DNA of 64,000 nt from Endomicrobiales bacterium (GCA_016929635.1 JAFGIL010000050.1:22067-86066), one strand, 5' to 3'. Shown: positions 54,490 through 64,000, counted from the first letter of the stretch. Numbers and translations: made by a program. The notes: generated by a model not told the origin, from the sequence alone.

Positions 54490-56076
54490 ATGAGATTAAA
54501 ACTTAATTTATTGTTTTTATTAGTTATCGCAGTTAATTCTTTTTCGGAAGAATTGCCATTTTCTGCTAAAACAATATCCACAGATTATGGTCCGCGTGTT
54601 CATCCTACTAAACATGTATGGAACTTTCATCACGGGATTGATTATAATCCAATGCAGGGAGATGCTGATAAAGGATTGCCTGTAAAAGCTGTTGAATCCG
54701 GAGTTGTGAAAGATATTCATTATGATGAGTCCGGTGGCGGCTGGATTATAACTGTAAGGTCACAAAATAACCTCTGGCAATATATGCATATATTTGATAA
54801 TGAAAATTTATCCAGTTCAGGTGAGTTTAAACTAGGAATGATAAACGATACAATCTATATTGAAAGAAATAATGTAGAAAACTGGGGAAGAAGAACAATT
54901 AAGATAAAAGATACCGTTGTTCAAGGTGAACCGATAGCTCCTGTCGGCACATCAGGAATCGGAACCGGCGCCCATTTACATTTGGGTTTAAATTATGGAG
55001 ATGACAATCCTCTGGTATATCTTAACCACGATATGAGCGATTTTAAGGTTATCATGGAAAACCCAAAAGATAACGCGGTATTAAAGCAATCCGATTTAAC
55101 GGAAAGTTTTCCCATAAAATTCAAGGTTGATGCATTACAAGGTAAAGATTTGGATAAGATAGACTTGTTTCTAGATGGACAGAATTTAGCCGCATTCAGT
55201 TATGGCGGAAAGCCTGGCGAAGACAAAAAATTGATGCTTGAATCAAACGAAGATACTAATGGAGTAAAACCAGTAGCAGGAACCTTTGAAGACGAATTTG
55301 TGTTTATCCATGATTTTTCAAATCTTAAGGAAGGCGAACATACTATCAGAATTACGGCAAAAAACATTAATAATAAGGATTATGTTTCAGATCATCGATT
55401 TAACATTGAAAAAGAAGACGAATCTTCTGGGAGTAATATTAGGTGGTATAAGTATGACAAGTATTGGATCAAAGGGAAATGGAGATTGACATCTAGCGTG
55501 GACTTAGGAGGGATTGCGTTCGGCGATCCATTCGAAGGATATACACAAACCACAGATATTTATACCGTTAGTATTGCATTGGTTATAAAGGAAATAAATG
55601 TAGATGGATGCAGCGTAAAAGGTTCGGCTAAGATACATGTGGAAAAAACCGGAGCTAAGAATGAAAATAGTGAAATGGTTACAGATGTTAGAATAGATTT
55701 TGGCGATTTTGATGATGGAAATAATTGTTACGTAATCTTTGACAAAAGTATTATACCGGGCGAATCTGAATACCAGTTTTGCAAGGTTAAAAGTATTGGG
55801 CAAGATATGATTTCTTTTGAGAAAAAATATAAAGTAAATAGTGAGATTAATACTGTAGATTTTCAGTTTGAAGGTAAATTAAAAGAATGTGCAGTCGATT
55901 TTGAAGAATGGAAAAAAACAAAGGAGTATCAGAATGCTGTGGAAGAAATCCGAAAACTTTATGGAGATTCTGGCGAATATATGATAAAAATGATGGAACA
56001 GGCTAAAAGAGCTGAGCTTGAGAAAAATAGTTGGGCTAATTTTATTCAAGCAGTTAAAACTAAAATAAACTTTTAA
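54490..56076 (+). CDS. M23-family metallopeptidase with a large uncharacterised C-terminal extension
   Basis: Signal peptide. HHGIDY (HxxxD) and GTGAHLHLG (HxH). Confidence 0.75.
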   Translation: MRLKLNLLFLLVIAVNSFSEELPFSAKTISTDYGPRVHPTKHVWNFHHGIDYNPMQGDADKGLPVKAVESGVVKDIHYDESGGGWIITVRSQNNLWQYMHIFDNENLSSSGEFKLGMINDTIYIERNNVENWGRRTIKIKDTVVQGEPIAPVGTSGIGTGAHLHLGLNYGDDNPLVYLNHDMSDFKVIMENPKDNAVLKQSDLTESFPIKFKVDALQGKDLDKIDLFLDGQNLAAFSYGGKPGEDKKLMLESNEDTNGVKPVAGTFEDEFVFIHDFSNLKEGEHTIRITAKNINNKDYVSDHRFNIEKEDESSGSNIRWYKYDKYWIKGKWRLTSSVDLGGIAFGDPFEGYTQTTDIYTVSIALVIKEINVDGCSVKGSAKIHVEKTGAKNENSEMVTDVRIDFGDFDDGNNCYVIFDKSIIPGESEYQFCKVKSIGQDMISFEKKYKVNSEINTVDFQFEGKLKECAVDFEEWKKTKEYQNAVEEIRKLYGDSGEYMIKMMEQAKRAELEKNSWANFIQAVKTKINF

Positions 56077-56570
56077 GCTATAAATAAAGCAAATAATAAA
56101 CTAAATGAAAGTTTTAAGAATATACGCAAAAAATATGCAGTGATAACCTGGAAAAAGTCTTTGTCGCATGCCATAATTTATTCAAAAGATAATAAAATAT
56201 AATAAAACATGGAATTGTCGGGGTGTGTTGCTGGTGACAGAGTATAATTAACTGAAAATACAATATAAAGTTAACTAAAAAAATCCAAAATGCCAGACAT
56301 AAACGCCGCATTTTCGTGTATTTTCACCAGAATCGGCGGACAGACAAGCCGAATTTTTCCTTGTCTTGTAAATTCCGGTTCGAGCCTTCGGACATAACCG
56401 AAAAATCATGCTAAAAGATCTCTCTGTTTTGGCCTTATGTAACATAGAACTATTGTAAGATCAGCTTAATATAGCGCTGGAAACAGAGGTACAGTTACGT
56501 CCTGCCACCCCCACGGGAGTATTGTTTTTATCGTCAATAGAAATGTCAACATCTATAAACGTTCGAACTA

Positions 56571-56608
56571 AAAGCCATTTATTTGCAAAAATAATGAATG
56601 GCTTTTTT
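56571..56608 (+). terminator. intrinsic-terminator-like hairpin AAAGCCATT...AATGGCTTT + T-run
   Basis: It ends about 70 nt before phoB, and no annotated plus-strand gene ends here. Confidence 0.45.
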
Positions 56609-56679
56609 ATTATATACTTGTTGAAACTAAGAAGATGTTATATAATATGTAAAATAAACAATAACGAGGTTAATTTTCT

Positions 56680-57363
56680 ATGAATAATTTTATAGTTATA
56701 TTGGAAGATGAGGTTGATATAGCTGACTTGGTGTCTATACATTTGAAAAAATCCGGTTTTAAAGTGGAGTTATATGATAATTCAAAATCATTTTTTAAAA
56801 GTATTGCTAAAAAAAGGCCTGATCTAATAATACTTGATATTATGCTTCCGGATATGGATGGGTATGAGGTCTGCAAGGAGCTTAAAAAGAATGATGCATA
56901 TTCTTCTATCCCGATAATAATGCTTACTGCAAAGGGTGAAGAGATTGATAAAATATTAGGGCTTGAACTTGGAGCTGATGATTACGTAACAAAACCGTTT
57001 TCTCCAAAAGAGCTGGTTGCCAGGGTTAAAGCTGTCTTAAGGCGGGGTGTTGTAAAGCAGAATACTAAAAAAGTATCTATAGGAAATGATGTCCAGATTG
57101 ATTCTGATAAATTTTCAGTAACAGTAAAAGGCAAAAAGATTGACCTCACAACCACTGAGTTTAAAATACTCGAACTATTCGCAATAAATAAAGGTAAAGT
57201 ATTTACTAGAGAGCAAATACTGGATCATCTCTGGGGGCAGGAAAAAGCAGTAATAGACAGGACTATAGACGTACATATAAGACATTTAAGAGAGAAGATG
57301 GGTGATTCAGTATCAAAGCTTATTAAGAATATTAGAGGCGTTGGATATAAACTAGAGGAATAG
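56680..57363 (+). CDS. phoB: OmpR-family response regulator, phosphate regulon type
   Basis: Receiver (ILEDEVD, PDLIILDIMLPDMDG, TKPF) plus a winged helix (LTTTEFKILELF, VFTREQILDHLWG, IDVHIRHLREK, IRGVGYKL). Context with phoR and pstSCA. Confidence 0.75.
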   Translation: MNNFIVILEDEVDIADLVSIHLKKSGFKVELYDNSKSFFKSIAKKRPDLIILDIMLPDMDGYEVCKELKKNDAYSSIPIIMLTAKGEEIDKILGLELGADDYVTKPFSPKELVARVKAVLRRGVVKQNTKKVSIGNDVQIDSDKFSVTVKGKKIDLTTTEFKILELFAINKGKVFTREQILDHLWGQEKAVIDRTIDVHIRHLREKMGDSVSKLIKNIRGVGYKLEE

Positions 57364-57367
57364 GTAA

Positions 57368-59101
57368 ATGGGCAAATCAATATTTTCAAAAATATTAGGC
57401 GGTTATTTTTTAATAATTCTCATTGTTATAGCATTTTTACTTATCTTTTCTTTCCATTCAATTAAAACACATTATATTAATACACTTACTGAAACTTTAA
57501 AAAACCATGCTGAGTATGCATTACTGGGAGTTACCCCCCTTTTTAAAGATAATAAAATAACAGATTTGCAGGAACTATTGGTTAAAACGGCAAATAAAAC
57601 TAATACCAGGCTGACGATTATTGATAAAAGCGGAAAAGTGCTTGTTGATTCAGAGGAAAACCCGGATATCATGGACAACCATAGAAGCAGGCATGAGATA
57701 AAGGAAGCATTTTCCGGGAATACAGGCACTTCGCTACGTTACAGCAATACGCTAAAAAAATATATGCTTTATGTAGCTGTGCCTATTTATGCAGGAAATG
57801 AAGTAAAAGGTGTTTTAAGAGTTAGTATGTTTATTAGAGATATTGATACTTTGATTGGAATGCTTAAAAAAAACATTATGCATATGGCAATTATATTGCT
57901 GATAGTTACACTTATGATTTCATTATTGTTTTCAAAAAGCCTTTCAAAGCCTATCAAAGAGTTGGGCATTATGGCAAATAAAGTGGCTTCCGGAGATTTT
58001 TCATCAAGGATATTTATAAAGAATAAAGATGAACTAAAAACCCTTGGCGATAATCTTAACAATATGACGGAAAAAATAAGTAATTTATTTAATGAGCTGT
58101 CTCTTCAAAAAGAGGAACTAAAAACAATAATAAATTCGATTGCAGAAGGGCTGGCAGTATTTGGAGAAGACGGCAAAATAATTATGTGCAATAAGGCTCT
58201 TGAAGAAATATTTAAGTCAAATACTTTGGAAGGCAAATTATACTGGGAAGTGATAAGAGATAATGCTATAAGTAATTTTATTAAACAGGCTCTAAGTAAG
58301 AAAACAAATATTATTAATGAGATAACCTCAGACAACAAAAACTATATTTGTAATATTGTGTTCTTAAATGCCCGCAACGAAGCTATTTTTACACTTCATG
58401 ATATAACAGAGCTTAAGCAAATAGAGTCCGTAAAGAAAGATTTTGTAACAAACGTATCTCATGAGATGCGAACGCCTCTTACAGCGATAAAAGGGTTTGC
58501 TGAAACCTTGAAAGAAAATGCAAGAGGTGAAGATGCACATTATGTTGATGTAATACAAAAACATTCTGAAAGACTTATAAATATTGTTAATGACCTTTTG
58601 GTATTATCAAGGCTTGAAAGCAGAAGTTTTTCGCTTGAATTATCAAGTATAGATATAATGAAACTCATTAAAGATGTAGCTGTAATGTTTGATGAAAAGA
58701 TAAAAGAAAAAGGCCTTGATTTACAAATAGATGCTGTATCTAACATTAAACCTATAAAAGCTGATCCATTCAGACTTGAGCAGGTATTTATAAACCTTAT
58801 TGATAATTCAATAAAATATACAGAAAAAGGTATTATAAGAATTGATTTATCTCAAGATGAAAAGAATACTATAATAACTATAAAAGATACCGGAATAGGT
58901 ATTCCCAAAGAACACCTGCCTCGTATATTTGAACGATTCTACGTTGTAGATAAATCCCGTTCCAGAAAACTTGGCGGTACCGGCCTTGGGCTTTCAATAG
59001 TGAAGCACATAATAAACCTGCATAAAGGCGGCATAGATATAGAAAGTCGGCAAGGTTCTGGAACAACCTTTACAATTACCATCCCATCAGACTTATCTTA
59101 G
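57368..59101 (+). CDS. phoR: phosphate regulon sensor histidine kinase
   Basis: 2 TM helices, HAMP, PAS, H-box DFVTNVSHEMRTPLTAIKGFAETL, N-box NLIDNSIKYT, G-boxes DTGIGI and GGTGLGLSIV. Confidence 0.75.
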   Translation: MGKSIFSKILGGYFLIILIVIAFLLIFSFHSIKTHYINTLTETLKNHAEYALLGVTPLFKDNKITDLQELLVKTANKTNTRLTIIDKSGKVLVDSEENPDIMDNHRSRHEIKEAFSGNTGTSLRYSNTLKKYMLYVAVPIYAGNEVKGVLRVSMFIRDIDTLIGMLKKNIMHMAIILLIVTLMISLLFSKSLSKPIKELGIMANKVASGDFSSRIFIKNKDELKTLGDNLNNMTEKISNLFNELSLQKEELKTIINSIAEGLAVFGEDGKIIMCNKALEEIFKSNTLEGKLYWEVIRDNAISNFIKQALSKKTNIINEITSDNKNYICNIVFLNARNEAIFTLHDITELKQIESVKKDFVTNVSHEMRTPLTAIKGFAETLKENARGEDAHYVDVIQKHSERLINIVNDLLVLSRLESRSFSLELSSIDIMKLIKDVAVMFDEKIKEKGLDLQIDAVSNIKPIKADPFRLEQVFINLIDNSIKYTEKGIIRIDLSQDEKNTIITIKDTGIGIPKEHLPRIFERFYVVDKSRSRKLGGTGLGLSIVKHIINLHKGGIDIESRQGSGTTFTITIPSDLS

Positions 59102-59177
59102 TTTTACACTCAAATTCTTAACAGAAAAATAATATTCCCTTAAAATGGGATTAATTTTCATTTTATATCATTTTAGT

Positions 59178-59642
59178 ATGAAAATTAATTCTATTGAAGA
59201 ATTTATTCCACTGGTAAAAGCAGTAGCAAGAAAGTACGCTCGATACGGCGTACTGTTCGATGATCTTGTCCAGGAAGGAATGCTTGGTGTTATTGAGGCA
59301 AAAGAAAGGTATCATGACAGCAAAAAAGCCAAGCCCACTACTTATGCGACTTATTGGATAAAAAAGAAAATTATTGATTATATACAAAAGGAGAATTCTA
59401 TTAACGTATCTGATATCAACGAATTTGAAAACAATCTTTCTTACTCGGATGCTGCTTCTGCTGAAAAGGAAGTATGTATTCCTGATGAATTGCCTGAAAC
59501 TGAAAAACAAATATTAGATCTATTTATCAATAGAAGAAAGACACTTAGCGAAATCGCTGATTTTTTAGATATGCGCAGGGAAAAGGTAAGGCAGTTAAAA
59601 AATAAGGCTGTTAGAATACTAAGAGGTAAAAAATTAATATGA
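59178..59642 (+). CDS. small sigma-70-family sigma factor (regions 2 and 4 only)
   Basis: DLVQEGMLGVIEAKERY...YATYWIKKKI (region 2) and LPETEKQILDLF...LSEIADFLDMRREKVRQLKNKAVRILR (region 4). The start is ambiguous: ATG at 59145 or 59178. Confidence 0.65.
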   Translation: MKINSIEEFIPLVKAVARKYARYGVLFDDLVQEGMLGVIEAKERYHDSKKAKPTTYATYWIKKKIIDYIQKENSINVSDINEFENNLSYSDAASAEKEVCIPDELPETEKQILDLFINRRKTLSEIADFLDMRREKVRQLKNKAVRILRGKKLI

Positions 59643-59746
59643 AATTAACATTTCATTTATACCTGCTTAACCATAAAATCGTATAACTAAATTAGAAGGC
59701 ATGAATGTCGACTTCAGGCCTTAAATCTAAATAAAGAGAGGTGAAA

Positions 59747-59950
59747 ATGAAAGTAGGTTTAAAAGAATCATTCCCGGTTTTGCGGGAAGTGCTCTTAAGA
59801 AACCTGAAAGCAAATGCTGAAGATTTACTGGCAGCAGCTGAAAGGTTCAAAGAGTATAAAAACAATGAAGAACTAATATCCGAACTGAAAGAAACTTTAA
59901 AAAGAGTTGAAAACAGTATTCGGATAACCAACTTAATGCTTAGCAGATAG
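59747..59950 (+). CDS. small helical protein, paralogue A
   Basis: RBS AGAGAGGTG. Shares NL...A...Y.N..EL.S....TL..VE.SI..T with the next ORF. Confidence 0.45.
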   Translation: MKVGLKESFPVLREVLLRNLKANAEDLLAAAERFKEYKNNEELISELKETLKRVENSIRITNLMLSR

Positions 59951-59999
59951 GCATTAAGCATTTGAAAATTAGAAAATTAAAATAAAAAGGAAAACAGTC

Positions 60000-60215
60000 G
60001 TGAATGAAAGAGAAAGGAAATCAATTAAGTTTTTGAAAGAAATGTTCAAAAATAATCTTGAAGAGAGCATTGGAGAGATGCAAACAGCTAAGGGCAAGCT
60101 TGATAGTTACGAAAATACAGCTGAATTGTTAAGTGATATCAATGGCACTCTTCACAATGTTGAACATAGTATTGAATTAACAAAAACAATAATTGGTTTA
60201 AACAAGGAGAACTAA
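60000..60215 (+). CDS. small helical protein, paralogue B
   Basis: GTG start. Aligns with 59747-59950 at roughly 30% identity by eye. Confidence 0.4.
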   Translation: MNERERKSIKFLKEMFKNNLEESIGEMQTAKGKLDSYENTAELLSDINGTLHNVEHSIELTKTIIGLNKEN

Positions 60216-60217
60216 AA

Positions 60218-61432
60218 ATGAAAAGAATATCGGTATTAAGCATCTTTATGATGCTATTGTTTAGTATAGCTCAAGCAGGTGAAATTGATAAGTTAGTACA
60301 GCATTTAATGAAAGAAGGCGTGATTAAGCCGGCAGATGCACAGCTTATCTTGACTGAAACAAAAGAGGATAACAGGGTTAAGATGGCTCAGGGTGAACTT
60401 GATACATTGCCGTCATGGATACAAACGATGAAGATAGGCGGTGATTTAAGGTTTCGTTATCAGAATGAAGATAAAGGAACATACAGAAGAGAAAGAACAA
60501 GAATCCGCTTCAGGCTTAAAGGTGAGGCGTCATCAGTGCAGGGTTGGAAAGTCGGATGGGGACTTGCAACAGGCGGAGAGGATCCTCGCTCAACGAATCA
60601 GACATTAGATGCCGGTTTTGAAACAAAGAGGCTTATGCTTGATTATGCATACGGTGCATATAGCGGGCTAAAAGGCCTTACAGTAAACATGGGTAAGATT
60701 CCGGTTAAATCAGCTATAACGCTGTATAGTGATTTAATGTGGGATGGAGATATCGCTGTTGAGGGTTTATCCGCATACTATGAATCAAATCCCGGAAATT
60801 TGCAGTTTTTCGCAAACGTAGATTATTTAATAATGGATTACGTTGATAATGGCAATGATCCTTCAATGGTATTGGTACAGCCGGGGGTTGTAGCAAAGAT
60901 AGGAGAAAATGCAAAACTTAAACTTTCTGTTGGCCAGTATGCTTTATCGGGAGAAGAAAATGCTCCTATATTTGCTGCATCATCAGGAGGTTCAGGTAAT
61001 ACATTATCCGGCGGGAAATATGTATATAGTTATAACTGTATGACAACAGGCTTTAAATTAAGCTTTAGCAATCTTCATTTTGAAGAAGTTTCCTTGTTTG
61101 GAGATTATGTTTCAAATCCGGATCCTTCAGAAGCAAATACAGGGACATTGTTCGGTATAGTGTTTGGTAACAAAAAGGTTAGTTCCTCGGGACAGTGGCA
61201 GGTAAAAGCTCTACAGAGGAATCTTGGAGCAGATGCATGGATGGACTGGCTGCCGGATTCTGATGCAAGAAGCGGCAAAACAGATACAGCTGGACCGGAG
61301 GTTATTTTCACATATGGTGTAGCCAAAAACATAACATTTGGTATTGATTACTATATCAATGGCGAAGCTGAGGAAGAAGCAGGTGATGAGAAACACGATT
61401 TAGCACAATTTGATCTTATATATAAGTTCTAA
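60218..61432 (+). CDS. outer-membrane porin, possibly phosphate-selective by context
   Basis: Signal peptide, an N-terminal helical segment, a beta-strand-rich body and a C-terminal DLIYKF. It lies between phoR and pstS. Confidence 0.6.
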   Translation: MKRISVLSIFMMLLFSIAQAGEIDKLVQHLMKEGVIKPADAQLILTETKEDNRVKMAQGELDTLPSWIQTMKIGGDLRFRYQNEDKGTYRRERTRIRFRLKGEASSVQGWKVGWGLATGGEDPRSTNQTLDAGFETKRLMLDYAYGAYSGLKGLTVNMGKIPVKSAITLYSDLMWDGDIAVEGLSAYYESNPGNLQFFANVDYLIMDYVDNGNDPSMVLVQPGVVAKIGENAKLKLSVGQYALSGEENAPIFAASSGGSGNTLSGGKYVYSYNCMTTGFKLSFSNLHFEEVSLFGDYVSNPDPSEANTGTLFGIVFGNKKVSSSGQWQVKALQRNLGADAWMDWLPDSDARSGKTDTAGPEVIFTYGVAKNITFGIDYYINGEAEEEAGDEKHDLAQFDLIYKF

Positions 61433-61464
61433 AATGGAAAAATAAATAAAAGGAGATTAAGAAA

Positions 61465-62271
61465 ATGAAGAAAATTTTATTAAGTCTAATGGCAGTAAGT
61501 TTGTTTACAAACATGGTATTTGCAGGCGGAAGTATTACAATTGCAGGTTCAACTACAGTGCTTCCTATAGCACAGGTAACATCTGAAGTATTTATGGACA
61601 ATAATCCGGGTATTGATATTTCTGTGCGTGGCGGTGGTTCAAGCGTAGGTATAGCTTCTTTAATAGCAGGAACATGCGATATTGGAGATGCATCAAGGGC
61701 AATTAAGGACAAGGAAATAGCAAAAGCTGTAGATAATGGTATTCAACCCAAAGCCCATGTAGTAGCAATGGACGGTATCGCAGTTATTGTGCATCCTTCA
61801 AATGGAATAAACAAGATTTCAAAGAAAGATTTGAAATCTATTTTTACTGGAAAAATATCTGACTGGTCACAAGTAGGCGGCAGCGGCGGTAAAATAGTTG
61901 TGATGAGCCGTGACAGCGCCAGCGGGACATACGAAGCATTTATGGGGCTTGCTTTAGATGGTTCAAAAACAAGATCTGACTCGCTATTACAAGCATCAAA
62001 TCAAGCGGTAGCAAGTGTGGTTTCAAGAACGCCAGGAGCTATAGGTTATGTTGGTTTAGGTTATGTAACTTCTCAAGTTAAATCAATACCTGTAAACGGC
62101 ATAGAATGTACTAAGGCTACGGTTCTTTCGGGTGAATATCCGTTATCAAGGCCTCTTTTTATGTATACAAACGGTGAGCCTGAGGGTGTTGTTAAAGAGT
62201 ATATGGATTTTGTAAAAAGCGCGGAAGGGCAGAAACTCGCCGAAGAACAAGGGTTCGTAGGCTTGAAGTAA
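61465..62271 (+). CDS. pstS: phosphate ABC transporter substrate-binding protein
   Basis: ITIAGSTTVLPIAQ, VRGGGSSVGI, DIGDASR, SRDSASGTYE, GAIGYVGLGYV and YPLSRPLFMY. Confidence 0.9.
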   Translation: MKKILLSLMAVSLFTNMVFAGGSITIAGSTTVLPIAQVTSEVFMDNNPGIDISVRGGGSSVGIASLIAGTCDIGDASRAIKDKEIAKAVDNGIQPKAHVVAMDGIAVIVHPSNGINKISKKDLKSIFTGKISDWSQVGGSGGKIVVMSRDSASGTYEAFMGLALDGSKTRSDSLLQASNQAVASVVSRTPGAIGYVGLGYVTSQVKSIPVNGIECTKATVLSGEYPLSRPLFMYTNGEPEGVVKEYMDFVKSAEGQKLAEEQGFVGLK

Positions 62272-62282
62272 TATAAAAAAAT

Positions 62283-62323
62283 GCAGAAGCAAAGCTTCTG
62301 CTAAGAGCTCCGCGAATGCGGAG
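62283..62323 (+). terminator. two consecutive hairpins after pstS (attenuator or mRNA stabiliser)
   Basis: GCAGAAGC-AAA-GCTTCTGC (62283-301) and CTCCGC-GAAT-GCGGAG (62308-23). Two further hairpins follow before pstC. Confidence 0.5.
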
Positions 62324-62403
62324 ATCAACCCTCCCCAAACATATGGAATGCGGGTTTTTATAATCTGCATTCTGTATGTATTAGAGGGAAGCATACAGGC
62401 AGA

Positions 62404-63312
62404 ATGATAATGATTGATGCAATAAAATTCAGGAATTATAAAGAAAATACCTATAAGTGGATATTTACAATACTTGCCTTTTCGTCACTTGTTTTTTTGG
62501 TAGGTATTATTATTGTTTTATTTAAGGAAGGGCTGCCTATATTTAAAGAAGTTAATTTATTCAAGTTTCTATTTGGAAAATCATGGTATCCCACTTATGA
62601 TCCTCCGGAGTTTGGTATTTTCCCGCTTATGCTTGCTTCGTTTTGGGTTATGATTGGTGCGACAATAGTTTGTGTCCCTTTGGGAATTGGAAGTGCTCTT
62701 TACCTGCATGAACTTGCAAGTTTTAAGCAAAGAGCATTTTTAAAACCCTTAATTGAGATGCTTGCGGGCGTGCCTTCGATTGTATATGGATTTTTTGGAA
62801 TGGTTATAGTTGCTCCGTTTATACAAAAACTTTTTAATATTCCTGTAGGTTTGAGTTTGTTTACTGCAAGCATGATACTCGGTATAATGGCTGTTCCTAC
62901 TGTTTGCAGTATAACGGAAGACGCTTTAAGTTATGTGCCAAAAAGCTTTAGGGAAGCATCGTTTGCTGTCGGTGCTAACAGGTGGCAGACACTTACAAAA
63001 GTTATTATTCCTGCTGCCGGATCAGGTATTTCAACAGCCATAATACTTGGTATGAGCAGAATTGTGGGTGAAACAATGACTGTTTTAATGGTATCTGGGG
63101 GTGCAGCGATTATTCCTAAATCAATATTTGACCCAGTGCGCCCTATGACTGCTACTATTGCAGCAGAAATGGGTGAATGTGCTATGGGGTCAAAACATTT
63201 TCACGCACTTTTTGCTATTGGATTAATACTATTTTTAGTGACATTATTCTTTAATATAATAGCTGAAATAATAAGCAGAAGGTACAGATTAAAACTAGGG
63301 CTAGGCAGATGA
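62404..63312 (+). CDS. pstC: phosphate ABC transporter permease PstC
   Basis: Six TM helices and the EAA-type loop ITEDALSYVPKSFREASFAVGANRWQT. Confidence 0.88.
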   Translation: MIMIDAIKFRNYKENTYKWIFTILAFSSLVFLVGIIIVLFKEGLPIFKEVNLFKFLFGKSWYPTYDPPEFGIFPLMLASFWVMIGATIVCVPLGIGSALYLHELASFKQRAFLKPLIEMLAGVPSIVYGFFGMVIVAPFIQKLFNIPVGLSLFTASMILGIMAVPTVCSITEDALSYVPKSFREASFAVGANRWQTLTKVIIPAAGSGISTAIILGMSRIVGETMTVLMVSGGAAIIPKSIFDPVRPMTATIAAEMGECAMGSKHFHALFAIGLILFLVTLFFNIIAEIISRRYRLKLGLGR

Positions 63313-64000
63313 GAAAAAATGATATTATTCAACAAGCCGGATTTATATTGCTTTTATTGAGCACATTAATTACTTTGTTTTTTCTGGGTGCAATATTATA
63401 TTTCGTGTTTATCAGAGGCATAGGTGTAATCTCATGGGAATTTCTTACTGAAGTTCCAAGAAGGGCAATGACTCAAGGCGGTGTAGCTCCTGCCATCTTA
63501 GGTACGTTTTATCTTGTTATGGGAGCAATATTATTTGCACTTCCACTCGGGCTTGCATGTGCAATATACTTGTGTGAATACAGTCCTAAAAGCTATGTAC
63601 TAAATATTATACGTTTAAGCATAAATAATCTTGCTGGTGTACCTTCCGTAGTTTTCGGGCTTTTCGGCATGGCTGTATTTGTAAATTACTTTGGTTTTGG
63701 TGTGTCAATATTGTCGGGAAGCCTTACGCTTGCAATGCTTATTTTACCTAGTATTATTTCTGCTTCTCAGGAAGCTTTAATAGCTGTGCAGCATTCATTA
63801 AGGGAAGCATCATTTGCATTAGGTGCAACACAGTGGCAGACTATTAAGAAAATAGTCATACCTACAGCATTACCTGGTATATTAACTGGTGTTATTTTAA
63901 GTGTAGGCAGGGCTGCAGGTGAAACTGCCCCAATCTTGTTTACAGCAGCAACATTTTATAAAAGAGGGTATCCTGATTCCATTTTTTCGGAAGTTATGGC
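63309..64000 (+). CDS. pstA: phosphate ABC transporter permease PstA; 3' end cut by window edge
   Basis: ATGA overlap with pstC. My translation reads MRKNDIIQQAGFILLLLSTLITLFFLGAILYFVFIRGIGVISWEFLTEVPRRAMTQGGVAPAILGT... and contains SLREASFALGATQWQT. The frame is open to nt 64000. Confidence 0.85.
   Translation, partial: MRKNDIIQQAGFILLLLSTLITLFFLGAILYFVFIRGIGVISWEFLTEVPRRAMTQGGVAPAILGTFYLVMGAILFALPLGLACAIYLCEYSPKSYVLNIIRLSINNLAGVPSVVFGLFGMAVFVNYFGFGVSILSGSLTLAMLILPSIISASQEALIAVQHSLREASFALGATQWQTIKKIVIPTALPGILTGVILSVGRAAGETAPILFTAATFYKRGYPDSIFSEVM

Noticed and set aside
56114-56311. 65-aa minus-strand ORF in the M23-phoB gap
   Set aside because: There is no RBS and the peptide looks like hydrophobic junk. 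The region is better treated as non-coding.
59645-59690. TTAACA ... TTAACC spaced 22 bp apart, considered as Pho-box-like direct repeats upstream of the small-protein/porin genes
   Set aside because: Only two weak hexamers are present and the intermediate 11-bp-phased positions do not match. In AT-rich DNA this is not distinguishable from chance without a genome-wide motif model.

Overview
AT-rich bacterial chromosomal window from a diderm, probably anaerobic organism; I cannot place the lineage from sequence alone. About 65 genes are supported.

Gene content, left to right:
- A two-component signalling block with two orphan ABC-type substrate-binding paralogues (1-6291).
- A T9SS-CTD-like cargo gene next to a PorV-like barrel/FlgD-Ig/OmpA fusion (6396-9094).
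- LemA plus an M48 peptidase fusion, an SGNH hydrolase and an IS200/RayT-type Y1 transposase (11493-16154).
- A long minus-strand operon (16147-27470) that looks like a rearranged Tol-Pal/ExbBD-TonB envelope machine. It includes a 1015-aa OmpA protein with eight FlgD-Ig repeats and a 1020-aa TPR protein.
- tRNA-Ser(GGA), tRNA-Ala(CGC) and tRNA-Asn(GUU).
- dnaX-recR and a four-subunit 2-oxoacid:ferredoxin oxidoreductase operon (porGDAB).
- A CPA2 antiporter-EIIA fusion, GTP-PEPCK, purC, two DUF2294 paralogues and a gamma-carbonic-anhydrase-like protein.
- A degraded mobile island (about 49.9-53.4 kb).
- A Pho cluster: phoBR, sigma factor, two small paralogues, porin, pstSCA.

Main candidates for something new:
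1. The uncharacterised two-gene TcmP + Gp37/Gp68 (DUF5131, three-Cys) cassette on the island.
2. Inverted arrays of 7-nt sub-repeats in the spacers of the por operon.
3. A tandemly duplicated, terminator-ending structured leader upstream of pckG.
4. A GC-rich cloverleaf-like element that starts with a copy of the 5' end of tRNA-Asn.
5. The FlgD-Ig/OmpA envelope machinery.

All family assignments rest on motifs read by eye from the translations. No database search was run.
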